This document shows positions 39,464 through 50,032 of a stretch of 64,000 bases of DNA, piece by piece. The stretch comes from a virus: IMG/VR virus record IMGVR_UViG_3300035670_000062, positions 49,099 through 113,098 of that record; one strand, 5' to 3'. Position 1 is the first letter of the stretch; each line of letters starts with the position of its first letter. Under the pieces are notes generated by a model. The model was not told where the DNA came from, searched no databases, and worked only from the letters and a program-made list of their open reading frames with translations. The translations under genes and the position numbers were made by a program.

Positions 39464-39993
39464 AAAAATCAGAACTTAGACAACTTATTAGAGAAGAAAT
39501 CTTAGCAGAAGCTAAGAAAAAAGACAAATCAGGTTTACCATTTGCGTTAGCAGCTAACCTTGAAAAATATGGAAAACCACAAACTCCAAAAGATGCTAAA
39601 CTTGTTGATTTCACTCAAAAACAAGAAAAAAATGTAAAGAAAACAGCAGAAAAACTAAAAAAATCAATTAAAGAAGATTTAGGTAACTACATGTTTTTCC
39701 AAAACCTTAAAACCATTAAACAAATGGTTGATGATTTGCTTAAATTAGATGAAAAAATGGTTGATGATATTTTAGCAAATGAACATGATTGGGCAAATGA
39801 CCATATTACAACATCAAAAGATGATGTTGAAGAAGTACATAATTTTTTAATGAATAAAAAAGTTGCTATGTCTGTTGAAATGAATGAAAAGAAACAATTG
39901 TCTCCTAAACAAAAGAAAATAGCCTCAGCAGCATCACCAGAAGATGAAATAACTAGTGATGATTTTAAAGTATTAAGAAAAAATAAAAAATGA
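39460..39993 (+). CDS. Leader-bearing modular hypothetical protein
   Basis: MKKSELRQLIREEILAE; internal IKE and MNE junctions. Confidence 0.75.
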   Translation: MKKSELRQLIREEILAEAKKKDKSGLPFALAANLEKYGKPQTPKDAKLVDFTQKQEKNVKKTAEKLKKSIKEDLGNYMFFQNLKTIKQMVDDLLKLDEKMVDDILANEHDWANDHITTSKDDVEEVHNFLMNKKVAMSVEMNEKKQLSPKQKKIASAASPEDEITSDDFKVLRKNKK

Positions 39994-40829
39994 AAAAAAG
40001 CGAATTAAGACAACTTATTAAAGAGTCACTTAATAATAAATATAAATTAGATTCATGTAATTGTGGTTGTAATGTATGTGAGAATACTGGGAATAAAGGC
40101 GTTATTCTAAATGAAAACATAGCTCCCATACAAATATCTGAAAACATAAAATACCACATTAATAATCGCTTACCCTTAACAGAAAATACATTTAGATATG
40201 GCTCAGATGCATTTTTAGATTTATGGAAAGAAGCACGTCATTTATATTCAAGAAATGCTATTCATGTTAATGAATCTGACAAGGAAATTTTAATGGAAAC
40301 TAATTTAGGTGAATACGGAATATATGAAGGACAAAAAGTACCTTTAGACATGCCTATGGTTGACGAAAATACAGATGAAGACAAAGAAGATAACAAAACT
40401 TGGAGTTCATATGAACAAAAAATGGTAAATCAAATATTGCGTGCTAAAAAAGATGGCACTCCCATATTCGAATTACCTATGAAAACACAAGATTTTTATC
40501 GTAAAAATAAAGATAAATTTACTAAGTCATTAAACGAAGCAGAATTCAAAGGTAAAGATGTAGAGTTAAACAAACCAAAACGTGGTGGTTCTAAAAAGTT
40601 TTATGTATATGTTAGAGACCCTAAAACCAAAAAAGTTAAAAAAGTATCATTTGGGGATTCTGGAGGATTATCAACTAAAGTAAATGACCCAAAAGCAAGA
40701 AAAGCTTTTGCAGCAAGACATGATTGCAAAAATAAAAAGGATCGTACTTCTGCTGGGTGGTGGAGTTGTAATCTTCCTAAATATGCTAAATTATTAGGTA
40801 TAAAAAGTACTTTTACTGGATATTGGTAA
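39990..40829 (+). CDS. Leader-bearing modular hypothetical protein
   Basis: MKKSELRQLIKE; LNE and VDE junctions; basic C-terminal module (KKVSFG..ARKAFAARH.C..AGWWSC). Confidence 0.75.
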   Translation: MKKSELRQLIKESLNNKYKLDSCNCGCNVCENTGNKGVILNENIAPIQISENIKYHINNRLPLTENTFRYGSDAFLDLWKEARHLYSRNAIHVNESDKEILMETNLGEYGIYEGQKVPLDMPMVDENTDEDKEDNKTWSSYEQKMVNQILRAKKDGTPIFELPMKTQDFYRKNKDKFTKSLNEAEFKGKDVELNKPKRGGSKKFYVYVRDPKTKKVKKVSFGDSGGLSTKVNDPKARKAFAARHDCKNKKDRTSAGWWSCNLPKYAKLLGIKSTFTGYW

Positions 40830-40886
40830 GTTTTTTAATTACCCGTAATAAGATGTAGTTATGTCATATTTATTATAAATATTAAC

Positions 40887-41717
40887 ATGACAAAGATATA
40901 TCTTGTAACAAACTGTTATGGAGATCCTAATAAAGTTTATATAGGAAAAACTAAAGTTTGTAGAAAACAACCCCATAAAAAAACATATGGTAAACAGATT
41001 GAATATACTTACATAGATGAAGTGGATAGTCTAGATAGACAACATTGGAAGCCCTTGGAAAGTTATTGGATAGAACAATTTAGACAATGGGGATTTGATA
41101 TACAAAATAAAAATAAAGGAGGTGGTGGATTAGAATTCCACACAGAAGAAACCAAACAATACTTTTCCTCAACCAGAAAAGGTAAACCTAAACCATCAAC
41201 CTCAAAAGCTCACAAAGGAAGAACAAGCCCAAATAAAGGTAAGGGTAAAAAAATTCTTCAATACGATCTAACAGGAAAATTCATATCTGAATGGAATAAC
41301 ATAAATGAGGCTATTATTACTCTAGGTCTTACAGTAAATAATGAAAGTATCCGCCAATGCTTAAAAGGAAAAGCAAAAAAATCATCTGATTATATATGGA
41401 GATATTATATTAATGATTATCCTATACAATTAGATTATGATGAAGTAGAATATATTTTAAAAAATACTCAAGGCCCCAAAGGTCAAAAACTCAATACTGG
41501 GAGTAAAATTAGTAAAGCACTAACAGGAAGACATTTATCATCACAACATATAAAAAAGATAAGTAAACCTGTAGCTCAATATGATAAACAAGGTAACTAT
41601 ATTACTCAATATAATAGTATAACAGAAGCATCATCATCCACAAATGCATGGAATATAACTTCATGCTGTAAAGGATATAAAAAAACATCAGGAGGGTACA
41701 TTTGGAGATATATATAA
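40887..41717 (+). mobile_element. Free-standing homing endonuclease (GIY-YIG-like + NUMOD DNA-binding repeats)
   Basis: KIYLVT..KVYIGKT N-terminus; HTEETK (NUMOD3-like); two QYD..G..I....SI.EA....I..C.KG..K....YIWRY NUMOD1-like domains. Confidence 0.85.
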
Positions 41718-41736
41718 TAAACCATTTACTGGTAAT

Positions 41737-42282
41737 ATGAAAAAATCAGAACTTAGACAACTTATTAAGGAGGAGATTAAACAAATTATTTCCGAAAAAT
41801 TTATTAATCTCATAGGAGAAGATAATATTAAACCATACATTCAAGATATATGGAATATAATGCAAAGAACATATAAATCTATAGGTGGTTTTAAGACAGC
41901 TAATTCTCCTGAAGAATTATTAAATAAAGTATCATTTGCTAAACTTGTTAAGAAAGATAATAAAATAATAGCAGCAATTTTATATAAAGATAAATTAGGA
42001 AGAAAAACCATAGCAGGGGGAAGTGATGGGAGTACAGAAGGAGTTAAATGGATTAAAAAAGTATTCCAAGAAGAAATACAACAACAACGTTCATGGGGAG
42101 AATTTAGTGGTAAAATGGAATCATTGATGTTAAAATATGGAGGTATTCCTATCCCCAACTCAGAAGCAGAAAGTATATTAGGTAAAGATATAATTGAAAA
42201 AAATAAAGATGGTTACCATTATACAAGACTAATTAATGGAGAACCTCATGAGAAAATAATAATAGGACATTTAGGAACTTAA
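41737..42282 (+). CDS. Leader-bearing hypothetical protein (MKKSELRQLIKEEIKQIISE)
   Basis: Shared leader followed by a globular cargo domain. Confidence 0.8.
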   Translation: MKKSELRQLIKEEIKQIISEKFINLIGEDNIKPYIQDIWNIMQRTYKSIGGFKTANSPEELLNKVSFAKLVKKDNKIIAAILYKDKLGRKTIAGGSDGSTEGVKWIKKVFQEEIQQQRSWGEFSGKMESLMLKYGGIPIPNSEAESILGKDIIEKNKDGYHYTRLINGEPHEKIIIGHLGT

Positions 42283-42293
42283 TTGTAGTTTTG

Positions 42294-42325
42294 TTTGGCT
42301 ATTTGAATAATAGTTTGTATCTTTA
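42294..42325 (+). promoter_or_regulatory. Bacteroidota-type (early) promoter TTTG-N20-TATCTTTA
   Basis: Matches the -33 TTTG / -7 TAnnTTTG consensus except for the last base. Confidence 0.6.
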
Positions 42326-42350
42326 CATATAAGAAATTAAAATAAAAGTT

Positions 42351-42932
42351 ATGAACATACTAATAATACATGGTTTTAATAGTGGTCCTGGTGATAAGTT
42401 AATTACATTAGAGAAAGAATTCCCCAATGATACAGTTTATTGCCCTCAACTAAACAATGATCCAATAAATGATTATACTTTATTACAAGAATTTATAAAT
42501 AACAATACTAATATTCATATTATAGGAACATCATTGGGTGGGTTTTATACTATGTTATTAGCTATGAATAATAATGAAAGAGATGATTTATCTTTTTATA
42601 TGGTAAACCCATTATTAAAAGCATATGAATTTTTTACATCTAATTTAAATAAATCATTTAAAAATCATAAAAATAATTTCTCATTTACTATATCTGAAGA
42701 ATTTATACTTTCATTGAAAAATATTCAAGATAATCTTTTAAATAATTTTTACCCACATCCTAATATGTATTTTTATTTTGGTTCATTAGATACATCAATT
42801 GAACATCATCATTTAATAGATAAATTGTATTCATTTAATAAACCCATAAATATAAAAATAGATAAACAAGATCATAGATTCAACGATTTATCATTGATAA
42901 TAAAACAAATTAAAGAAAATGAAACAATTTAA
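42351..42932 (+). CDS. YqiA/YcfP-like alpha/beta hydrolase (esterase)
   Basis: IHGFNS, GTSLGG nucleophile elbow, NP, D and DHRF. Confidence 0.85.
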   Translation: MNILIIHGFNSGPGDKLITLEKEFPNDTVYCPQLNNDPINDYTLLQEFINNNTNIHIIGTSLGGFYTMLLAMNNNERDDLSFYMVNPLLKAYEFFTSNLNKSFKNHKNNFSFTISEEFILSLKNIQDNLLNNFYPHPNMYFYFGSLDTSIEHHHLIDKLYSFNKPINIKIDKQDHRFNDLSLIIKQIKENETI

Positions 42933-42956
42933 ATTATAACAAAAAAATTTACTAAA

Positions 42957-43002
42957 GAAGTATAATTCAATTTGGATTATACTTTTTTTATTCTTATATT
43001 AT
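42957..43002 (+). promoter_or_regulatory. Hairpin terminator overlapping a TTTG-N20-TATATTAT promoter
   Basis: AAGTATAAT-N9-ATTATACTT plus T-tract; TTTG at 42971. Confidence 0.5.
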
Positions 43003-43020
43003 TTTAAAATATTTAAAATT

Positions 43021-43563
43021 ATGTATAAAACATGCCGTATTGGATTCACAGGCACAGTCTCAGTTGGTAAAACTACTTTAGTAAATGCTTTAAAAGAATT
43101 ACCTCAATTTAAAGATTATAATTTTGCAACTGAACGTAGTAAATATTTAAGAGATTTAGGTATTCCTTTAAATACTGACTCTACATTAAAAGGTCAAGCA
43201 ATATTTTTAGCAGAAAGATGCTCTGAATTACTGCAGGATTCATTAATAACAGACAGAACTCTTATTGATGTGATATCCTTTACAAACTTAGCTAAATCAA
43301 TAACAGTAAAAGAAGCAGATGATTTTGAAAGACTAGCATCAAACCTCCTTAAAGAATATGACTATATATTCTATATATCCCCAGAAGGAATCCCTGTAGA
43401 GGACAATGGAATTAGAACAACAGACTTAGAATATAGAAATAAAATAGATAAAAATATTAAAAAAATAATTAGAAAATATAAATCTTCAATCAAAAATTAC
43501 CATGAAATAAGTGGTACAACCGAAGAAAGAATTAAACAAATATTGGACGTTATATATTTATAA
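43021..43563 (+). CDS. NadR/AAA_28-type P-loop nucleotide kinase
   Basis: GTVSVGKTT, ITDRT.ID, YDYIFY, EDNGIR and GTTEER motifs. Confidence 0.8.
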   Translation: MYKTCRIGFTGTVSVGKTTLVNALKELPQFKDYNFATERSKYLRDLGIPLNTDSTLKGQAIFLAERCSELLQDSLITDRTLIDVISFTNLAKSITVKEADDFERLASNLLKEYDYIFYISPEGIPVEDNGIRTTDLEYRNKIDKNIKKIIRKYKSSIKNYHEISGTTEERIKQILDVIYL

Positions 43564-43578
43564 TAAAAATTACATATA

Positions 43579-43785
43579 ATGAAAAAATCAGAACTTAGAC
43601 AACTTATTAAAGAAGAATTAACTTCACTAAAACCTCAATATAATTTCGCAGCTAAAGCATTAAATACAGATATTAAAATTAATAATTCAACAGATGAAAC
43701 ATTTAATACAGATGTTTATTATAAACTAATTGAATTTATTAAAACTAATAACCTCAATCCAAAAACAATAGTATTAACATTCTAA
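43579..43785 (+). CDS. Short leader-bearing protein (MKKSELRQLIKEEL)
   Basis: Shared leader; TATTTATA at 43555. Confidence 0.7.
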   Translation: MKKSELRQLIKEELTSLKPQYNFAAKALNTDIKINNSTDETFNTDVYYKLIEFIKTNNLNPKTIVLTF

Positions 43786-43800
43786 CATATATAACATATA

Positions 43801-44487
43801 ATGAAAAAATCAGAATTCAAAAAACAAATAAAAGAGGAAATAATTTCCATATTAAAAGAACAAACAGTGGTCGATAAAACTACAAAACCAGAATCTCTAA
43901 AAGGTAAAGATCCTCAAACAGTAAAAACTGCAATTGAAACTGCTAAAAAAACAAATAAACCTGTTACTATAGCTGAAGAAGATGGTAATGAATTAGAAGT
44001 GGGAGATATAGTAACAATTCCTATGAGTTTAACTATTGATCCATACAATAAAAGAGGTGAAGAAGGTAAAATACTTATAAGGAGTTCAGATGGAATGGTA
44101 GTTGTAATTGAATTTAATGATGGTTCTTTAGGATTATATGATCCCGATATATTTATGGATTCTTTAGATGAAGGTAGAGGAAGACCTAAAAAATCTGAAT
44201 CTAAAAAAGAAGATGATGAAGATGAAGAAGATGTAAAGGATGATTGGGAAAAACCTGAAGCTGATGAAGATGGTGATAAAGATAAAGAACCATCAAAAGC
44301 TGAATTAGCTAAAATGAAAAAAGATTCTGTAGCTACTATATCAAATAAATTACAAAAAATTGTAAAACAAATGAAAGATAAAGTAGAAGAATATAAAACA
44401 GCAGAAGGAGATAAAAAAGAAGCTATTAAAGATGAATTAAAAGAGTTAACTAAAGAAAAGAAAAAACTTGAAAATCAATTATCATAG
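43801..44487 (+). CDS. Leader-bearing modular protein with an SH3/KOW-like insert and an AT-hook-like motif
   Basis: MKKSEFKKQIKEEIISILKE; LEVGDIV..G.I; LDE-GRGRPKK; coiled-coil end. Confidence 0.7.
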   Translation: MKKSEFKKQIKEEIISILKEQTVVDKTTKPESLKGKDPQTVKTAIETAKKTNKPVTIAEEDGNELEVGDIVTIPMSLTIDPYNKRGEEGKILIRSSDGMVVVIEFNDGSLGLYDPDIFMDSLDEGRGRPKKSESKKEDDEDEEDVKDDWEKPEADEDGDKDKEPSKAELAKMKKDSVATISNKLQKIVKQMKDKVEEYKTAEGDKKEAIKDELKELTKEKKKLENQLS

Positions 44488-45049
44488 TATCTATATAATA
44501 ATAATATTAATTTTAATTATCGTAATAATGTTAATGAGGGGATGTAATTCAAATACATCCCCAACTTACATTGAGGGTAAATCAACAACAGTAACTACTT
44601 ACGATACAATTCATGATAGTATACCTGTATATACTCCTAAATATTATTCTAAAACAGAATATATTTATGATACCATCTTAAAGACAAAATTAGACACAAT
44701 ATATATAATTCATGACTATTTTACTAAATATTACTACTCAGATACAATAAATAGAGATTCAATTACTGTAATAATCAATGATACTATTTTTAGAAATAAA
44801 ATTTCATCAAGAAATATAAATTATAAATTTATAATTCCTACACATACAATAACTAAAGAAATAATAGTTACTAAAACTGAATTATATATAGGTGGAGGTT
44901 TATATCTTGAAAAAGATAATTTACGTTCAATAGGCCCTGAATTTTTATTAAAAACTAAAAATAATACTATTTATGGAGTAGGAGCAGGAGTAAATCAAAC
45001 ATTAAATCCTATAATAGGAATAAAGTTATATAAAAAAATAGGTAAATAA
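44468..45049 (+). CDS. Exported/membrane protein (possible lipoprotein or spanin-like)
   Basis: Hydrophobic N-terminus ending MRGC; repeated DT(I) motifs; amphipathic beta-strands at the C-terminus. Confidence 0.55.
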   Translation: MKINYHSIYIIIILILIIVIMLMRGCNSNTSPTYIEGKSTTVTTYDTIHDSIPVYTPKYYSKTEYIYDTILKTKLDTIYIIHDYFTKYYYSDTINRDSITVIINDTIFRNKISSRNINYKFIIPTHTITKEIIVTKTELYIGGGLYLEKDNLRSIGPEFLLKTKNNTIYGVGAGVNQTLNPIIGIKLYKKIGK

Positions 45050-45064
45050 TTACCAAAATAAATT

Positions 45065-46660
45065 ATGGGTAATAGTAGTGAAATCCAAGACATAATAAGA
45101 CAAGAATATATTCTCTGTGTTAAAGATCCAGGTCATTTTATGAAGAAATACTGTAATATTCAACACCCACAAAGAGGAAGAATACCTTTTCATTTATATC
45201 CATTTCAAGATAAAGTATTACAATTATGGAAAGATAATCCATATTCAGTTATTTTAAAATCAAGACAATTAGGTATATCAACCTTAGCAGCGGGTTATGC
45301 CTTATGGTTAATGTTATTTCATAAAGATAAAAACATACTATGTCTCGCTACGACTCAAGAGACTGCCAAAAACATGGTAACTAAAGTAATGTTTATGTAT
45401 GATAACTTACCTTCATGGTTAAGAGAAAAAGATAAACCACTTGAACAAAATAAATTAACCTTAAAACTTAATAATGGTTCTCAAATAAAAGCTAAATCAT
45501 CAAACGCTGATGCTGCTCGTTCAGAAGCCGTATCTTTACTAATAATAGATGAAGCTGCGTTTATTGAAAATATTGCAGAAACTTGGGCTTCTGCACAACA
45601 AACCTTAGCAACAGGAGGTGGAGCTATTGTTTTATCAACTCCATATGGTACTGGAAATTGGTTTCATCAAACATGGGTTAGAGCTGAAGAAAAATTAAAT
45701 GATTTTCTTCCAATTAAACTTCCATGGTTTGTCCATCCTGAAAGAGATGAAACTTGGAGAAAAAAACAAGATGAATTATTAGGTGATCCTAGGTTAGCGG
45801 CACAAGAATGTGATGCAGTTTTCTCTACATCAGGTGATACAGTATTTTACAATGAATTTATTGAATTTTTTGAAAATAATCATATATTGGAACCAATGGA
45901 AAAAAGGGGAATTGACCATAACTTATGGATATGGGAACCATGTGATTATTCAAAAAGTTATATGGTTGTAGCGGATGTAGCTAGGGGAGATTCAAAAGAT
46001 TATTCTGCATTTCATATAATAGATATTGAAAATAACTCACAAGTGGGTGAGTATAAAGGACAAATAAGTACTAGAGATTTTGGTTATTTATTAGTAGGAA
46101 TAGCAACAGAATATAATAATGCTTTATTAGTTGTTGAAAATGCAAATATAGGATGGGCCACAATTCAAACTATACAAGAAAGAGCATATTCTAACTTATA
46201 TTATTCACCTAAAAGTGGAGACAACACTTATGATTCGTATTTTGACCAATATTCAGATACATCAAGAATGACACCTGGTTTTACTATGAATTCAAGAAAT
46301 AGACCTATGGTGATAGGTAAATTTTTAGAAGCAGTAGGAGATCGAAGTGTAATAATAAGATCAAAAAGACTTATTGAAGAAATGAAAGTATTTGTTTGGA
46401 AAAATGGTAGAGCTGAAGCTCAACCTGGATATAATGATGACTTAGTAATAAGTTTTGGTATTGGATTATTTGTAAGAGACTCAGCACTTCGATTTGGGCA
46501 ACAAAACGTTGATATATCAAGAAACTTACTAAATAGTATAACAGTAACAAAAACACCATATAATGGAGCTTATAACCACAATCAAAACAATGACCCATGG
46601 AAAATAAAAAACCCATACTCAAATGATGATAGTGATAATAATTTAAGATGGCTTCTATAA
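45065..46660 (+). CDS. terL: Terminase large subunit (T4 gp17-like)
   Basis: LYPFQ, KSRQLGIST (Walker A), LIIDEAAF (Walker B), STPYG, DVARG..DYSA and NDDLV motifs. Confidence 0.95.
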   Translation: MGNSSEIQDIIRQEYILCVKDPGHFMKKYCNIQHPQRGRIPFHLYPFQDKVLQLWKDNPYSVILKSRQLGISTLAAGYALWLMLFHKDKNILCLATTQETAKNMVTKVMFMYDNLPSWLREKDKPLEQNKLTLKLNNGSQIKAKSSNADAARSEAVSLLIIDEAAFIENIAETWASAQQTLATGGGAIVLSTPYGTGNWFHQTWVRAEEKLNDFLPIKLPWFVHPERDETWRKKQDELLGDPRLAAQECDAVFSTSGDTVFYNEFIEFFENNHILEPMEKRGIDHNLWIWEPCDYSKSYMVVADVARGDSKDYSAFHIIDIENNSQVGEYKGQISTRDFGYLLVGIATEYNNALLVVENANIGWATIQTIQERAYSNLYYSPKSGDNTYDSYFDQYSDTSRMTPGFTMNSRNRPMVIGKFLEAVGDRSVIIRSKRLIEEMKVFVWKNGRAEAQPGYNDDLVISFGIGLFVRDSALRFGQQNVDISRNLLNSITVTKTPYNGAYNHNQNNDPWKIKNPYSNDDSDNNLRWLL

Positions 46661-46681
46661 AATAATAAAAAAATACATAAA

Positions 46682-48553
46682 ATGGCAGACACACAATTAT
46701 TCCCAAGATTGAAAAGATTATTTTCAACAGATGTAATAATAAGAAACATAGGAGGAAACCAACTCCAAATAATGGATATAAATCAGATACAACAAGCTGG
46801 TAATTTACAAACAAATTCCTTAGTAGATAGGTTTAGTAGAATTTATACTACATCACCTACATCACCTAACTCATATTCTTCAAGATTAAATTATTCAACA
46901 TTGAGACCTAGTCTTTATAATGAGTATGATAATATGGATACTGATGCTATTGTATCTTCGGTATTAGATATAATAGCAGATGAATGTACTCTAAAGAATG
47001 ATATGAATGAAGTTATTCAAATTAAAAGTAGTGATGAAAATATTCAACAAATATTATATAATTTATTTTATGATGTTATGAATATTGAATTTTCATTAGG
47101 GTTATGGATAAGAAATATGTGTAAATATGGTGATTTTTTCTTAAAATTAGAAATTGCCGAAAAATTTGGAGTATATAATGTAATACCATATAGCGCATAT
47201 CAAATAGAAAGATTAGAAGGTCAAGATAAACAAAATCCCCATGCTATTAGTTTTAAAGTAATTGAAGAATATTCAACTTATGGAACTCATGGAATATTTA
47301 ATAATTCAAAAGAAACTATCACATTCGATAATTATGAAATGGCTCATTTTAGATTATTGACAGATACTAATTTTTTACCATATGGAAGAAGTTATATTGA
47401 AAACGCTAGAAAATTATATAAACAATATACTCTAATGGAAGATGCAGCTCTTATACATAGAATAGTAAGAGCACCAGAAAAAAGAATATTTTACATAAAT
47501 GTAGGTAACATCCCACCAGCTGAAGTAGAAAATTTCATGCAGAAAACAATTTCTAAAATGAAAAGAACACCTCACGTTGACCCACAAACAGGTGATTATA
47601 ATTTAAAATATAACATGCAAAATATGTTAGAAGATTTTTATGTTCCTGTTAGAGGTAATGATTCATCTACAAAAATTGAAGCATCACCTGCTCTTAATTA
47701 TGATGGGATGGCTGATATTGAATATTTAAGAAATAAATTATTTGCTGCTTTAAAAGTCCCCAAAGCTTTTATGGGATATGGAGAAGACACAAGTGGAAAG
47801 GCAACTTTGGCTGCCCAAGATATTAGATTTGCACGTACTATAGAAAGAATACAAAGAATAGTATTATCTGAATTAAATAAAATAGCATTAATACATTTAT
47901 ATACTCAAGGATATAGAGATGGAAATTTAACAAACTTTGAATTATCATTAACAACTCCATCTATTATTTATGACCAAGAAAGAGTAGCTTTGTTAAAAGA
48001 AAAAGTAGATTTAGCTGGACAAATGATGGAATTAAATTTGTTCCCATCTGATTTCATATATGATAATTTATTTAAACTTAGTGAAGATAAATACGATGAA
48101 TATAGAGACTTAATTAGAGAAGATGCAAAACGTAAATTTAGACTGACCCAAATAGAACAGGAAGGAAATGACCCATTAGAATCAGGTCAATCATATGGTA
48201 CCCCTCATGACTTAGCTTCATTATATGGGACTGGAAGAATAACTAAACCAGGAGAAATTCCAAATGGATATGATGAAAATAAAGAATTAGGAAGACCTAA
48301 AACTAATATGACTGATAGAAATACTCAAAAAGATAATTTTGGTAAAGATAGATTAGGAGCTAAAGCACAAAAAGAAAAAGAACCTCAATCCCAAAAACAA
48401 AAATTCAAAGGTAATTCCCCCCTAGCATTAGAAATGAAAAACATAATTAAAAAATTACCTCAAGCACCAAAATCAGAAAAAAACATTATATTAGAATCAC
48501 TTTCTAATAAAATCAATTTCCTAGATGAATCAAATTTAGAACTAGAAGACTAA
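46682..48553 (+). CDS. Portal protein (T4 gp20-like)
   Basis: MEDAALIHRIVRAPEKRIFYINVGN, EDFYVPVRG, DIEY...KLF.ALKVP and DIRFAR.I.R.Q motifs. Confidence 0.95.
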   Translation: MADTQLFPRLKRLFSTDVIIRNIGGNQLQIMDINQIQQAGNLQTNSLVDRFSRIYTTSPTSPNSYSSRLNYSTLRPSLYNEYDNMDTDAIVSSVLDIIADECTLKNDMNEVIQIKSSDENIQQILYNLFYDVMNIEFSLGLWIRNMCKYGDFFLKLEIAEKFGVYNVIPYSAYQIERLEGQDKQNPHAISFKVIEEYSTYGTHGIFNNSKETITFDNYEMAHFRLLTDTNFLPYGRSYIENARKLYKQYTLMEDAALIHRIVRAPEKRIFYINVGNIPPAEVENFMQKTISKMKRTPHVDPQTGDYNLKYNMQNMLEDFYVPVRGNDSSTKIEASPALNYDGMADIEYLRNKLFAALKVPKAFMGYGEDTSGKATLAAQDIRFARTIERIQRIVLSELNKIALIHLYTQGYRDGNLTNFELSLTTPSIIYDQERVALLKEKVDLAGQMMELNLFPSDFIYDNLFKLSEDKYDEYRDLIREDAKRKFRLTQIEQEGNDPLESGQSYGTPHDLASLYGTGRITKPGEIPNGYDENKELGRPKTNMTDRNTQKDNFGKDRLGAKAQKEKEPQSQKQKFKGNSPLALEMKNIIKKLPQAPKSEKNIILESLSNKINFLDESNLELED

Positions 48554-48585
48554 TCCACATATTTATAACAAAACAATTCCCTTAA

Positions 48586-49440
48586 ATGAATAAAATTAAA
48601 CATTCCAAGCTCAAAAACTCAGGAATTCTGTTTGAATTATTAGTTAGGACTATTACATCTGATACCTTAAATGGTAAAGAATCACCAGCTAAAGATATAC
48701 TTAAAGAATATTTTGTAAAAACAGAATTAGGTAAGGAATATAAATTATATGATTATTTAATTAAAAAAAATAACCTAACAGAATCTAAAGCTAATATGGT
48801 TATCAATACTGTATTAGAAAGTTATAATAAATTAAATAAAAAATCGATAAGTAGACAAAAATATAATTTAATAAAAGAAATTAAAAAACATTATGATTTA
48901 GATGAATTTTTTAAACATAAATTAAATGATTATAAAGTTCAAGCAGCCATATATACATTACTGGAATTAAAATCAAACTCAGTAGATAATATTGAACAAG
49001 AAATTACAAATAAATACACAATATTAGAACATTTATCATCAAGTAAATTAACTGATAAAAAAAATAATATTTTAATTAATGAATTTTCTCAATATGATAA
49101 AGATTTAAGAATATTGACATATAAAATATTACTTGAAAAATTCAATGAGAAATATGATGGTTTATCTTCACCACAGAAAAATATACTTAAAGAATTGATT
49201 ATGTCATTAGATAATACACCTAAATTAAAGGAGTTTTATAATAATGAAATAAAATCAATCAAAACTACACTCTTATCATTAAATGAAAATATGAAAGATA
49301 AAGTAGTCAAAATAAAAATTGATGAAATATTAAATATATTACAACCAAAAGATAAATTATGTAAGGTAAAAGATGATGACCTTATAAATTTATTACAATA
49401 TCATGATTTAATTAATGAATTATCTCAAGTAAATGTATAA
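48586..49440 (+). CDS. Hypothetical head-module protein
   Basis: KHSK.KN.GILFELL N-terminus; lies between portal and protease. Confidence 0.7.
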   Translation: MNKIKHSKLKNSGILFELLVRTITSDTLNGKESPAKDILKEYFVKTELGKEYKLYDYLIKKNNLTESKANMVINTVLESYNKLNKKSISRQKYNLIKEIKKHYDLDEFFKHKLNDYKVQAAIYTLLELKSNSVDNIEQEITNKYTILEHLSSSKLTDKKNNILINEFSQYDKDLRILTYKILLEKFNEKYDGLSSPQKNILKELIMSLDNTPKLKEFYNNEIKSIKTTLLSLNENMKDKVVKIKIDEILNILQPKDKLCKVKDDDLINLLQYHDLINELSQVNV

Positions 49441-50032
49441 ATATAAATTAAAAGAAGTTGAATTAGGTGATACAAAAATCATCAAAGGTAAAAAACATAC
49501 TGTGTCTGACATAGACCCAGAAACTAATTCTATATCGTGGGATATTTCAACCACTCCAAATTTCGAAAGTTCTTTTAAAATGTTTTCTCAATTAAAAAAA
49601 GCACTAAAAACCTTAAGTTCAAAGAAAGATTCAAAACTTGATCTAATTTCAACTGAAGTAGATTCATTATTTAATGAATTTAGAACTCATCTAAGAAAGA
49701 AATACCCAGATGAATATAAATTATTCAAATCAATAAATGAAGATTCTATTGCTTACAGTTCCCCCAAAGTATTCAAACCTAACCCTAACTTCAAATATAA
49801 ACTAAAAGAAGGAACAGACGCATATACAGACTTCCAGAAAAAACAAATTAATATATTTGATGAATTAGAAGAAAAATTAAATTCATTATATCCCCTAATA
49901 TCAAACGCTCAAAATTTTACAACAAAATATTATAATGAAAATCCAGGATCATTTAAAATATTATATAGTACAGAAATAATAAATAAATTTTTAGATGATA
50001 TTAAAAAAATACTAGAATCAACACCCAACTAA
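49433..50032 (+). CDS. Hypothetical protein with repeated KYKLKE
   Basis: KYKLKE occurs at the N-terminus and again internally. Confidence 0.7.
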   Translation: MYKYKLKEVELGDTKIIKGKKHTVSDIDPETNSISWDISTTPNFESSFKMFSQLKKALKTLSSKKDSKLDLISTEVDSLFNEFRTHLRKKYPDEYKLFKSINEDSIAYSSPKVFKPNPNFKYKLKEGTDAYTDFQKKQINIFDELEEKLNSLYPLISNAQNFTTKYYNENPGSFKILYSTEIINKFLDDIKKILESTPN

